The notes under the pieces were generated by a model. The model did no database searches. It was not told the DNA's origin and worked only from the letters and a program-made list of their open reading frames with translations. Both the position numbers and the translations under genes were made by a program. From the NCBI RefSeq assembly GCF_006345805.1, contig NC_042997.1:87668001-87732000 (forward strand): 64,000 nucleotides of DNA. The letters are read 5' to 3'. Below are positions 51,534-64,000 of the stretch, piece after piece. The DNA comes from Octopus sinensis. Lineage: Eukaryota. The number at the start of each line of letters is the position of its first letter. Within the stretch, counting starts at the first letter, position 1.

Positions 51534-51889
51534 TCCTTTGCAGTATTTATTTTCACACTCTATTTATTTTCGCCAAGATCATGATTATAGGTGCATGTGT
51601 GACTGTGTGGTAAGAAGCTTGCTTCCCAACCCAGCCACATGGTTCTGAGTTTTGCCTCACTGTGTGGAACCTTGATCAAGTGTCTTCTACTATAACCTTG
51701 GACCTACCAAAGCCTTGTGAGTAGATTTAGTAGAGGGGAAACTGTAAGAATCCCGTTATATATATATATATAATTATATATATATATATATGTATATATT
51801 CCTGTTTGTTGTGCTATCATGCTTTTCCTGCTTGTTATGTTTTGACAATTTCCATTTGATGCGTTTTTTAACTTTGATATATATATATA

Positions 51890-52054
51890 TAGATGTGGCT
51901 GTGTGGTAAGAAGTTTACTTCCCAACCACATCGTTCTGGGTTCAGTTCCACAGCATGGCACCAGGGGCAAGTGCCTCCTACAATAGCCTCAGGCTGACCA
52001 AAGCCTTGTGAGTGCATTTGGTAGAGAGAAACTAAAAGAAGCCTGTTGCATATA

Positions 52055-52089
<35 letters not shown>

Positions 52090-52660
52090 CAAAGGTTGAA
52101 CAGAAAGAACACAACAAAGAGAAAACAAGAGAAAAAAAAAAGAGAAAAATTAGACAGAAGGCGAGCAAACAGAAAACTGAACAAAAGTGTGGACTGAAAA
52201 TTAGACAAAAACATGATAGACAGAGCATTCACAGCTGATTTCCTTGTCAGTCAATGACTCAAGATTTCATAGTGGTTTTGTGCTTTAACATTGAGACCAC
52301 TCAATCTTGGCAGCACCTGAGCATTAAGCTTCTCGGAGAAAGCTAGCGAATGTATACAAGGACAAAAACAAACAAGACATGCTAAAATAATGATATGTAT
52401 ACACCAAAAAAGTAATAATACAAATGCAACAGAAAAAGAATTATGTGATTGTGTGTTTGTGTTTGTGGTCACCCACCACTGGTTGACAACTGGTGTTGGT
52501 GTGTTTACAACCTCCATAACTCAGCAGTTTGGCAACAGAACTGATAGAATAAGTACCAGGCTTAAAGGAAAGAAAATAAGTACTGGAGTTGATTCATTCA
52601 ACTAAAAATCCTTCATGGCAGTGCTCCAGCATGGCCGGAGTCAGGCATTGAAGCTTGGCA
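51890..52660 (+). mobile_element. SINE-C split by an unexplained ~350-bp insert (52090-52445)
   Basis: Head 51890-52030, tail 52445-52660. Confidence 0.7.
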
Positions 52661-54354
52661 CTGTCCTCTGGTTCGTTGGCTAGCATGGAAAATGGACATT
52701 AACTGGTGATGATCACACACACACACACACACACAAACAAAACTGCCATTTATGTTGAACATAAATCCATAACATGCACATCTGACAAATAAGAATAAAC
52801 AGCTTTATTTGAAACTTGGAGTCAGGAGTATCATTAGTATTATCATCATTAAATTATATTATATATGCTTTTCATGTATGCGTTTGTGTGTGTTAGTGAT
52901 TATGAAGATGGGCATGAATGCTAATATTTCACTTGTCACTGTTTGAGCAAAAACGGTACTGATGTTTACATTACTGACATTATGACCGGTTGCTCTGTCT
53001 TTGCAAAGAAGACGTGGAATAAAAATAAAACCCCTTACTTGAAAAAAAAGGTAAGGATTGGCAACAACAAGAACATCTGGCTATAAAAATCTTGAGTAAA
53101 ATTCATTCCCATTTAAGCCAAATTAGTATGGGAAAAATGAATATTAAATGAATAAATAATATATTCATTGCAACATCTGATCACTTAAACATTTTCTTTC
53201 CTGCTTATGAACCTAAGAAACTAATGATCATATGACTCATTAACAACCTAATTATGTGTGTGTGTGTGTGTGTGTGTATACATTTGTATATGGAGAAAGA
53301 ATGATATTGATGTCCAAATATGTTAATGCGTGTCTGTTTTAATGAATCATTCACTAATTTTATTGAGTCGCTTCAAAAGAATGTCTATCTTAAAAAAAAT
53401 GTTTTGTCTGTTCAGAACTACATCAGTTATGTATATTTTTGTTGCATTTATGATAACTATATGACATTATATTATAATCTCAACCAAACATTTAATGAAA
53501 AGGGACAATTTTCTAATATTTTGAGTCAATATTTGCCAGCCATTTGCTATTGTAGAGTTATCAATCAATTTTTTTTTTATCTATGACTATTCTGTTTTCA
53601 TAGTTGGTGTTGTCCTATGATGTAGCTAAAAAAAAATAAAACAAACAAACAATAACAAACAATTGGAATATGGAAGATATTATCTAATGTAATCAGAAAA
53701 GATAGCTACAGTGGCATTGACATATAATACAATGTGATCACAAATGAATAGAGAGAAAAAAATAACAAACAAGAAATCAACAAACATTGGTCACAGAAAA
53801 GTATCTGTGTTTACACTCTGAGATCAAATTCTGCCACGGTCGACTTTGCCTTTCATCCTTTCGGGGTTGATAAATTAAGTACCAGTTGCGTACTGGGGTT
53901 GATCTAATCAACTGCCCCCTCCCCCAAAATTTCGGGCTTTGTGCCTAGAGTAAAAAAGAAAAGTGTCTGTGTATTTTGTGTGTTAGGAGAGAATCAACCT
54001 GTATAAAGTATGGCGTAGTGAACTGAGGGCGGCTTTCCACCTTCAAAATGTTTTTTGCATGGTCTGTTATAAATCCGAAAATAAAATTTATTTACAAGAA
54101 GACTAACTGAAAATTAGTTACACTGTCAATGTATACTCTTTTATTCCTATAGCTTCTTTCCTCAAACTGCTGTCCTTTGAACTCACTACCATCATCTTGT
54201 TAACCTCTGGTCTAAGATATTCAATCCTTTAAGCTTTCTGTCAGTTGATTTCTTTTGAATTTGCAGGCCCCTTCTTTTCATTCTTTGTGGCTCCTTACAA
54301 CAGCAGCCTTAACTCTTCAGTATTCAGATTACTCTGCTTAACTGTAAAGCTTAT

Positions 54355-54470
54355 TTATTACCTCTGCCAAGGAAGGAGGTTATGTTTTCATTGGCGTTGG
54401 TTTGTCCGTCTTTGTGAAAAATAACTCAAAAGGTTGTGAACGGTATTTGATGAAACTTGCAGGCAATTTT
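54355..54470 (+). mobile_element. DINE-1/HINE-like (Helentron-associated) fragment
   Basis: ttattacctctgccaagg(aa)ggaggttatgttttc...gatgaaact with subterminal inverted repeat acctc/gaggt. Confidence 0.65.
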
Positions 54471-54479
54471 AATGATGTG

Positions 54480-54600
54480 ACTGTTTATTTTTAGACTGAC
54501 ATTGTCGGGTAGGTGTGAAAGGTAGGATCTGGCTGATTTGAACATAAAACAGGTAGAATATTTGGGTCAGATATGGTTGGTTTAAATTCTAAAAGGTTAA
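54480..54600 (-). mobile_element. Fragment of a second piggyBac-like MITE family
   Basis: Ends ..tttaaattctaaaagg|ttaa; other copies 46225-46370, 48965-49147, 59198-59402. Confidence 0.65.
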
Positions 54601-54779
54601 GCCTTATTTTGATAAAATCATATAAGAAAACAATCCTCAGTTGTAATTTCAATCTAATGTCCAAGCATAATCAGGGTGACACAGTGTATATACAAAAGTT
54701 GTTCGTTTGAATTATAAGCATTCCATTAGACAACTTTCCATGCAGGGTTTTCCACTCGTTTGCTGTAATAGTGGTAACA

Positions 54780-55581
54780 TGCAGTAGTAGCTGCATGTAG
54801 TGATGGTCATGATGCCAACGAGAATGAAGGCTATGAAAACAATGATGATGATGATGACAACAGCAATGATGACAATGATGATGGCAGTGATGACAATGAT
54901 GACGATGATGACAACTGCAGTGATGGCTATGATGATTATGACAGCAGTGGTGGTGGTGGTCATGGCAACATTGGCAACAATGTCAGCAATGATGCCATTG
55001 CTGCTGCCCGATGATGATGCTGATGACTATGAAGATGATGATGATGGTGACAATGAGGATGATGATGACGATGTGAATGATGATGGCAATGAGAATAATG
55101 CTGATGATGTTGATGATGACAATGATTATGATGATGACAATGATGATGCTAGTGCTGATGAAAATGAGGATGATGACGATGAGGAAGATGATGGCAATGA
55201 TAATAACGACAGTGATGATTATAATGATGATGATGATGATGATGATGATGATACTTGCAGAATTAAACTGCAAGCTTTAAAATCAAAAATCTTCTTCATT
55301 CGTTATTCATAATTAAAAAACTGAAATATATTGTTTCATTACTCGTTTTTTTAAATCTCATGTGGTCTGCAGCAGCAGTAACAGCAGCAACAACGACACA
55401 TGATAGACAGAGTTATTATACGATAGTCTTCGAGACTTTTTGAGACAAATGGAGTAATACAGAGGTCTCAGACCCATACAATTTATTTCAATAAAAGAAA
55501 AATGGTTTTTAAAGTAGTAGTAATAGTAGTAGTAGTAGTAGTATAGTAGTAGTAGCAGCAGCAGCAGTAGTAGTAGTAGTA

Positions 55582-55644
<63 letters not shown>

Positions 55645-55720
55645 TGGTAGTAGTAGCAGCAGTAACAGAAGTAGTAGCAGTAAAATTAGTAGTGGTAGTA
55701 GCAACAGGAGTAGTAGTCAT
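54780..55720. repeat. Long degenerate (GAT)n and (TAG)/(CAG)n arrays
   Basis: Directly visible; produces the Met/Asp-rich 170-aa ORF. Confidence 0.9.
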
Positions 55721-56397
55721 TAGCAATGGTTATGGTAATTAGAAAAATTCATGTGATCAAATTGTTAATTTTTGTTTAACCTCAGATCAGCAATGACAAG
55801 GCAAACCTATGATTAAAGACATTCCAGCTGTGACCATTCCATTTTAGATTTTTTTCTTTTCAGACACAGTGTACATTACTTAATTTGGCTGTTATTTCTA
55901 TCAGGTTAAGCAACAATGAACATCCTTTGATGATAATGATAGTGGTGGTGGTAGTAGTAGTGGTAGTAGTGGTGACAATAGCAACGATGGGGTGGAAATG
56001 AAGAAAAGGAAAAATAATGTGGAGAGTGGGACAAAGAAACCAAACAAGTGTGAGAATTTCATAAAACATATCAAAGTAATATTATGCATTATCTACCGTA
56101 ATGCCACTCTGTATGTTATCTGCTGTGACATTATTCAGTCTGTTATCTGCTGTAACATTACTCTGACAGGTGTGATATCTTTCTAATCATAAATATGTAA
56201 TATCGTTCTTTACGAGCCATTTTCATTACTACATGTCAGTAAAGTACTTGTCCATTTCTATGCTGATCTCAAATTTTGGTGGAGCCTGCTTTACCCTCCA
56301 TCTTTTTTGAGGCTTATAAAGTTAGTATTAGTCATGATTCAAATTTAGTCAACTACATCCTTCTATGTCCTACTGCTATAAATTTATGGCCTTGTGA

Positions 56398-56760
56398 AGA
56401 CCACCTTCGGTCATGAATGATCATGGGATTGCACCTAGAAAGTTACCCTCCAAGGCACAAGTCCGGGCAAGATTGTTTATGAAAGGCCAGCAGTCGTCCA
56501 TGCATACCAGCCTCGCCTCTCCACACCACTGATGTTATCCAAGGGAAAGGCAAAGGCCGATACAGCTTGGCACCAGTGACATCACAACTCATATGGCCTT
56601 GTACATCATCATCATTTAACATCCACTTTTCCATGCTTGCATAGGTCAGACAGTATTTGTTGAGGCAGATTTTTTATAGCCAGATGCCATTCCTCTTGCC
56701 AGCACTCACCTGTTCTTCAAGCAAGGTAATATTTTTCTATGGCCAGAAATGTTTTCACCT
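56398..56760 (-). mobile_element. SINE-A fragment plus SINE-D
   Basis: Reverse complements of the family consensus segments. Confidence 0.75.
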
Positions 56761-59197
56761 TGGAAATATGGTAACACTGCCGTTTACAACAGTGAGCTAT
56801 ACACCCACAGTAATTTTGATAGTTACATGTCTTTGATACAAGGACTAGTGATAGCATAAGAACAACTGCCTGCTTCATCAACTGTCTAAAACTCTTACAA
56901 TTCAGTAACTAAGAGATGTAAAATTAATTAATTGTTCAGAGACACAATGAGGCTGTGAGGAAATATAAACTTGCAACTGTAGTTAACAAATGATTTTTTT
57001 TCTTTTTACTTAGGCACAGGACAAACTTTTTGTAAGGTAGAGATAGAGTCAAGTTCTCCTGCAGACTATCACTACCATTTCACATTAAGTGGTTTGTAGA
57101 ATAAGGCATTAAACTACCAGCTATTGGCTTGTAAGTTCAAATCTACTATAAGTATTTTATTGACCGAACCATTTTATTGTAAATGCTACTTTTCATGTTA
57201 CTGCTGGGATTAGGAACCAGAACAATCAGGAAAAGATTTGGCACTCATCAATTTAACATTACAAAAATCAGAGTTAAGTGCCTGCCTAATGGACTTGTGA
57301 GGGTTGGAAAAGAGTAATATTACTTTGTTTTTGATCTCCAGAAGAATGGAATACAAAACTATCTTCAGTGACATTGGAACTCATAACTTAGAATAATGAA
57401 ACAAATGTACTTAGTATGCACTCTGCTGTCTCAACCACTTCCACTATCCTTCATATACACTGACAGACAAACAGACAGACAGGCAGATACAATATTGCAA
57501 TTACCAAATACATGTAATGCTTTTTGAGTCAACAAGAGAACCTTTCCACAATTGCTTTATCTGCTAGAAATAGCATCCATTTTTCTTTCAAATTAGTGTC
57601 TTAAAAAAAGGAAAGATACATTGAAAGATACATTACATATACTATTCCTGAAGACAAGAACAACATGATGGTCATGATGAGAAAGCCTTTGATTATACAT
57701 CTTCTCAAATGGGAATGACTTGAAACTAAATAGCAATGACATATACATGAAATAGCTTTACTAATGTATTAATCTTCATAAGAAGAGAATCTAATATTCT
57801 TTATAATATTGTTACCATTAGGGTTGATGCTATGACCTAATTCTAATTCTTAGTTGACACAAATTGACTTTATCTTATACCATTAATGCTCTTGCATGAA
57901 CATCACACTACCTTATTATGAACCTAATCAAAAAATAGCCAAAATTCATACCATCAAATCAATGTAATATCAATATCCTCAGAGAGAGAGAGAGAGAGAG
58001 ATTGTTTTTCAGGATTTAATTTGAGATTGCACTATGCCGAGTTCAAATCCTGAGAATTGCAAATGCCATGTTAATTCCATATTGAACAAATCATATGGTT
58101 AGTATTGGTGCTATTCTGTTTCCATTGTCAGAACACTTAACTCTAATGGCCCAGTCCAACAAGCTCTAAGTAGGAAACACCATTTTCCACATGAAGTAGA
58201 ATAAGGCTTAAAACATGAATCTTTCATTCTAAAGACAATATGAAATTTCCTGAAGAAAACTTGGCCCCTACATTGAAGAAATCAAGCAATTAGTTTGAAA
58301 GCTGTAGTACCAGTAATACTGTGGCGTCTAGTTAATCCTCCCCATCATCGCCATCATCATCATCATCATCATTGTTTAACGTTCACTTTTCCATGCTTGC
58401 ATGGTTTAGATGAAATTTATTGAGCTGGATTGTCTATGTCCAGAAGCCCTTCCTATCATTAACCTTCACCTGTTTCCAAGTAAGGTAATATTTCCTCATG
58501 ATCAGGCATGTCTAGGATGTTTAGAAACAAAGGACACGAGTTGCATGACAATGACATTAGCTTACAGCTATCACATGGTGTCAAGGAAGGGAGACAATAA
58601 CACATAGACACAACAGAGTTCTTTCAGTTCCATCAACCAATTCTACTTACAAAGCTTTGGTCAACCTAGGGCTATAGCAGAAGGGACTTGCTCAAGGTGA
58701 CATGCAGTGGGATTGAACACAAAACCATTCCATTGAAAACCTTGGCAACCTTAATGTCAAGCCAAAAATAAAAATCATTGTAAGTGAACATCTCCAAACC
58801 AGTTTCATTCGATGATATGCCAATATACTGAATACTTGAACTACATTTATCTATTAAAAAAAATTACTATATCAAAACTGGAGACATCCGAGTGATCTTC
58901 TGGCTTTCAATAATCAATATCTCTTGGCAGATTGTTTTCATAGGATATTGATAATATAGAATAAATTGCATTGTAATGTTATATTTGTTTTCTTAAGTCA
59001 GAGCACATGGCTGCAGTACTGTGCTATATACTATACTACACTGTACTGCTCTGTTAGCGTGTAGCATCATAGTATAATGTCATTCTGTTATTCTTGTATT
59101 CTTTTATTTGTTTCAGCTACTGGTTTGAGGCCATGCTGGGGCACTGTGTTGATGGTTTAATTGCTCTAGTACTTATTTCAAGTCTGGATTTGTTGCT

Positions 59198-59402
59198 TTA
59201 ACCTTTTAGCATTTTAACTGGCCACACCTGGCCCAGATATTCTCTCTTTTACATTTAAACTCCTGCCCTACAATGACATTCTAAAGATAAACAATTACAT
59301 CATCGAAACTTCAAAACTATAAGATAATGCACGATTAATTCAAAACAATTTGAATAAAAGAGCATTATATTTGGCAGAGTAATCTGATTGCTAAAGGATT
59401 AA
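59198..59402. mobile_element. Complete piggyBac-like MITE (second family)
   Basis: TTAA|CCTTTTAGCA ... TGCTAAAGGA|TTAA. Confidence 0.75.
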
Positions 59403-59971
59403 AGGAGATATGTGGCTATCCCAGGAGTAACTGGAAAAAAAAACAGTAATGGTAATAATGAAGTGTCTCAAAGCACACTCTCAAAAACGGGAAGATGAGT
59501 ATAAGTGAGAATATGGACACAGAAACAGGAATAATGGGGGCATAAGTCCATTAGAGTGTGAGAGGAGAAAGAATGATAATTGGTTAGAGGTGAGTGTAGT
59601 CACACTATAGTGATATGGTTAAGAAGATCTTTTTGCAACCATAAGATCCAGGTTTAATCCTATTACATGGCATCTTGCACAAATGCTGTCATTCTTTAAA
59701 GCTTCGAGAATGAAATTAGGTTAAGAGAAACTGTAGTTGCCTGTTTTGTGTAGAATGTACTCATAATTCAAAGGGTACAGCCTGGTCACCCACCGTGTCA
59801 TGCTGATTCTATCTGAAAATTATATTAGGGATACATTTGTCAGCTCAGCCACTTATATGATAATTCAGTTGATTGAATGATCAGACAACCAAATCCTAAT
59901 CCACTCTTACTCTACATCACTCCTGTACTGTTCTACCATGCTGTATTACTTTACTGTTTCTGTCTCTGTTG

Positions 59972-60305
59972 AAGGTGCATGACTCAGAGATTAGAGCATT
60001 GGGTTCACAATCATGAGGTAGTGAATTCAATTCCTGGACTGGGTTGTGTGTTGTGTTCTTGAGCAAGACACTTTATTTCACGTTGCTCCAGTTCACTCAG
60101 CTGTAGAAATGAGTTGCAACATCACTGATGCCAAACTGTATCAGCGTTTGCCTTTCCCTTGGATAACATCTGTGGTGTTGAGATGGGGGACTGGTATGCA
60201 CAGGCAACTGCTGATCTTCCATAATCAACCTTGCCTGGACTTGTGCCATGGAGGAGAACTTTCTAGGGGAAATTCCATGGTCATTCATGACTGAAGGGGT
60301 CTTTA
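59972..60305 (+). mobile_element. SINE-A
   Basis: Matches 297-630. Confidence 0.85.
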
Positions 60306-60719
60306 CCCTTTCTGAAGCACTGTAGTTTTCTACGTACTGAAATTCTCTACTTTACTGTTACTCTAATTCCCTTTATTGTTGCTATAATTTCCTAGTGCAC
60401 ATCCATGCTCTATTCTTACACTGCCTATCTATACCCTACTGTATTTCCACCGTTGATTATTGCAGTAGAGGTGAGATGGCAGAATTGTTAGCACACCAGG
60501 CGAATTGCTTAGAATTTGAAGTGACTTTGTCTTTATTAAGCTGGTGATATTTTGATGGATGGTTTTAGTGTATTTTTTAGTGCCTCATAGACCTAGGATA
60601 TTCTTTTGCAGGTGGATATCAAAAGGGTCTCTTCTACAGTGTCTCTAGATTCAAACAGCTTATCTTATTTCTTCCTTTCTTGCTAACTGACTTCAGTATT
60701 TCAAGTTATAAACTTTTTA

Positions 60720-61862
60720 ATGTTGGTTTGCACATTTCTTCTTCACAATTGCCTCTCTAAACATCCGTCTCTTTCCCCAATCATTTTTCTTCATTATACT
60801 CTCTTTCTTTCTCTCTCTTTTCACACCCCTCTCCCACTATATCCCAGTTCCTTTTCTTTCTTTCTTTCTTTCTTTCTACTTCCCTCTCCTTTTCTCTCAC
60901 TTCCTCTTCCCTCTCTCTTCCTCCTGCTCTCTCCTCTCTCTCCCATCCTTCCTTCCCCCCTTCCTCTTTCTTCCTTCCTTCTTCACCTTCTCTCCCTTTC
61001 CCTCTCTTCCCTACCTTTCTCTCCCTTACATCTGTTTCGCATTTTGCATGTTTTACACTTTTTTCCCCATCTTCTATTATCCATGCACGTACTTACCAAC
61101 ATTTATGCATAAACATTACCTTCAGTTTGTTTGCTTTTCTTTAGACTTCTGACTCGATCTTTCTCTCACTTTGATTTTTTCACACCTGTCTCTCCCCCTC
61201 TCTCTCCTCTCTCAAATTTTTTTTCCTTACTCTCTCTTTACTCACTATCTCTCCTCTTTTCACTCCCCTTTTCTAATACAATACACATTATCTGTACCAC
61301 TCAACCTTGGATTCTGTCTTATTTTTCCATCTCTCACTAACTCACTATTTTACTAAACACACTCTCTCATCATCTCTCCTTTTCATTTCTCTCTCTCTAT
61401 CTCTTCTATTTTTCTGTACTCCAACTGTCTGTCTCTGCCTCTCTCTTCTTCCTTTCCTCCCTCTCTGTCTGTTCCCCCTCTCTTTATTTCTCTCTCTTTC
61501 TCTCTCTCTCTCTCCCTCCCCCTCTCTCTCTCTCTTTCTCTTTCTCTCTCTCTCTCTCTCTTTCTCTTCTCTCTCCCCCTCTCTCCCCCCCTCTCCTCCC
61601 CCCTCTCTCTCCCCCTCTCTATTTATCTGTCTGCTTCTCCATCTGTGCCAGTCTGTCTCTCTGTCTTTCTACTTCTCTCCCCCACCTCTGTCTGTCTCTC
61701 TTCACTCTTTCTGCCCCCCCTTCTTTCTCTCAGTCTCTCTCTCACACTTCAACTGCAGAATTCATCCTACTCCAGCAATCCTCATTCTTTTTTCATTACA
61801 AACTCACTTTCTCAGCTCTCTTCTTTCTCTCCTCTCTCTCACTTACACTTTCTTTCTCATTA

Positions 61863-61904
<42 letters not shown>

Positions 61905-61905
61905 G
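60720..61905. repeat. ~1.2-kb polypyrimidine (CT-rich) tract
   Basis: Directly visible. Confidence 0.9.
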
Positions 61906-62059
61906 CCTTCACTCTGTGCACAACAGCAACATTAATTACAGATTTCTAACAGACCAATCATTGGTTCATTGCATTTCTGATAGAAGAAGTGGCAAGGGAG
62001 TGCCTGTATAACCTGGATGGAATAAATGTTTCAAGGCATTATTGGTAATTTTCTTGTTG

Positions 62060-62086
62060 ATGTGTCATCATCACCATTACCATCAT

Positions 62087-62121
<35 letters not shown>

Positions 62122-62640
62122 GCACCAATGTCATTACCAACACCAACACCAACACCATCTTCATCATCATCATCATCATTATCATCACCAATGTTATTAC
62201 TACATCACCACCACCACCATTATCATCATCACACCCCCACCCCAACCACCATCACTGTCATCACCTTCATCTTCATCATCACCATCATTATTATCATCAA
62301 TGTCATCATCGTCTTCATCATTATGATCATCACTAATGTCAATGCCACCACCACCACCACCACCACCACCACCACCATCATGACTACCACTGCCATCACC
62401 ACCACCACTACAATCTTCATCATCATCATCATCATCACCACCACCACTACCACTTCTACCACCATCGTCCTTATTATCATCATCATCACCACCACCATCA
62501 CTACCATCATCCTCCTCCTCGTCATCATCATTGTCATCATTGTTCCTTTAACAATCACTTTTCCATACTTGCATTGGGGTCAGGTGGATTTTTGTTAGGG
62601 CATATTTTCTTTGGGCAAAATGCTCTTCCTGTTATCAACC
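62060..62640 (-). repeat. Expanded (CAT)/(CAC)n tail of a SINE-D copy
   Basis: The array abuts cactttttccatacttgcatt at ~62555, the reverse-strand D tail. Confidence 0.75.
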
Positions 62641-63299
62641 CTCACTAACCCTTGGGCAGAAATGGGTTTTTTTTCAAGGAAGATTCAAGATGAATAAAAA
62701 AGTTTGCCTGAAAGTGATGCTTATTTAATACACACACATAATGAGAGCTTCTTTCAGTTTCCATGTACAAAATCTACTTACAAAGATTTGGTTGATTTGG
62801 GGCAAAAGAAGACATTATTTGTCCAAGATGGTGTGCAGGGGGACTAAACACAAAACCACATGGTTGAGAAGCAGTTTCTTAACCACACAAGCAGAAAGAG
62901 AGAGAGAGAGAAAGTGGGGGAATGTGAGAGAGGGAGAGAGAGAAGGAGAAAGACAGAGACAGACAGTGTGTGTGTGTGTGCATGTGTGTATATGTATGTG
63001 TGTGTACTTGAGGCTGTGGGTGTGAGTGTGTGTGTATGTGTGTGTGTGCCTAAGTGAAGACACTTGCCCAAGGTGCCATGCAGTGGGACTGAACTGTGGA
63101 ACCATGTGGTTGGGAAGCAAGCTTCTTACCATACAGCCATACCTGCACCTATTACATATATTACATATTAAATTAAATAGATAATCAAAAGAACAATTAA
63201 TAGTTTCATGCTATTATGGTACTTGAACAAGCATATTTATAAAATACACCATGTATCTTAAAGAAATCTTTCAGGCTCTGTTTATGTGTTACATATAAT

Positions 63300-63560
63300 T
63301 TTTAAAAACAAGGATGCTGGACATTAAGAAAATATGGAAACAATGCAAAGAAGGTTGATGTGAAAAATGGAACAAGAGAAAAGAATCGAAATTAAGAGCT
63401 ACAATACTTGTCTTCCCGGATAGTAGAAAGCTCATTAAATACAACTGGTTTAGGACAAAATAACTGAAAATATGTCAAAGTCTGCAAGACAGCAACTCAA
63501 TCCAGAGCAAGTGGTGCCCTCCAATTTGGTAAAAGAAACCTGTCCATGAGGCTACACCTG
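63300..63560 (+). pseudogene. Possible CR1/L2-like LINE 3' remnant
   Basis: DIK..METMQRR resembles the DI.KLERVQRRA motif. Confidence 0.3.
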
Positions 63561-63606
63561 CTAAAAAGTTTGCACACACACACACTCACACACACACACA
63601 CACTCA

Positions 63607-63650
<44 letters not shown>

Positions 63651-63654
63651 TATA

Positions 63655-63847
63655 TATCTTTTATCTTTTACTTGTTTCACTCATTAGACTGTAGCCATGT
63701 TGGGGTAGTTCCCTGAAGAAGTTTTAGTTGGATGGTCCCACTGCTTATTTGTTTTTCAAAGCCTGGTACTTATTCTGTCTCATTTGCTGTAACCACTAGG
63801 TTACAGGGACGTAAATACATCAACACTTGTTGTCAAGCAATTACAAT

Positions 63848-63897
<50 letters not shown>

Positions 63898-64000
63898 GAT
63901 GGATTTCTTTCAGTTTTCATCTGTCAAATCCACTCACAAGGCTTTGGTTAGCCTGAGGCTATAGTAGAAGACGCTTGGTCAAAGTACCTCACAGTGGGAC
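63655..64000 (-). mobile_element. SINE-C (continues past the window end)
   Basis: Tail, (CA)n and head motifs. Confidence 0.8.

Noticed and set aside
54800-55312. 170-aa Met/Asp-rich ORF resembling an acidic biomineral protein
   Set aside because: It lies entirely in a degenerate (GAT)n array like other SINE tails; triplet repeats keep frames open, and there is no signal peptide or splice context.
61307-62598. Long Leu/Ser-rich, poly-His and poly-Thr ORFs
   Set aside because: Translations of CT-rich and (CAT/CAC)n simple repeats.

Overview
AT-rich, repeat-saturated metazoan genomic DNA, intronic or intergenic. The SINE, MITE and microsatellite repertoire looks like an octopus/cephalopod genome; this is recall-based inference, not a database match. 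No host protein-coding gene can be identified with confidence; only a few exon-like segments are suggested. Almost all ORFs in the supplied track are microsatellite or SINE artefacts. The real coding remnants are all transposon-derived: a Helitron Rep/helicase (inside a Tigger-like element and interrupted by a long-TIR foldback element), a Ty3/gypsy LTR retrotransposon with both LTRs, two mariners (one nearly intact, DD34D), a deleted Tc1, an almost full-length RTE LINE, RTE and CR1-like fragments, and a decayed Penelope-like RT/GIY-YIG remnant. At least five tRNA-derived or LINE-tailed SINE families are present (working labels A-E), plus piggyBac-, hAT- and GGGCC-type MITEs and Helitron-type non-autonomous elements. 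The most interesting observation is two unrelated long DNA palindromes (18376-18963 and 22021-22393). Each arm carries a minimal type I hammerhead ribozyme motif in head-to-head orientation, with the same unusual design: CUGAUGA-A-[GGG..CCC]-A-GAAA-6-nt palindrome-UA-stem I. Also notable is a near-identical ~440-bp templated insertion copied from 4.4 kb away into the middle of a SINE.
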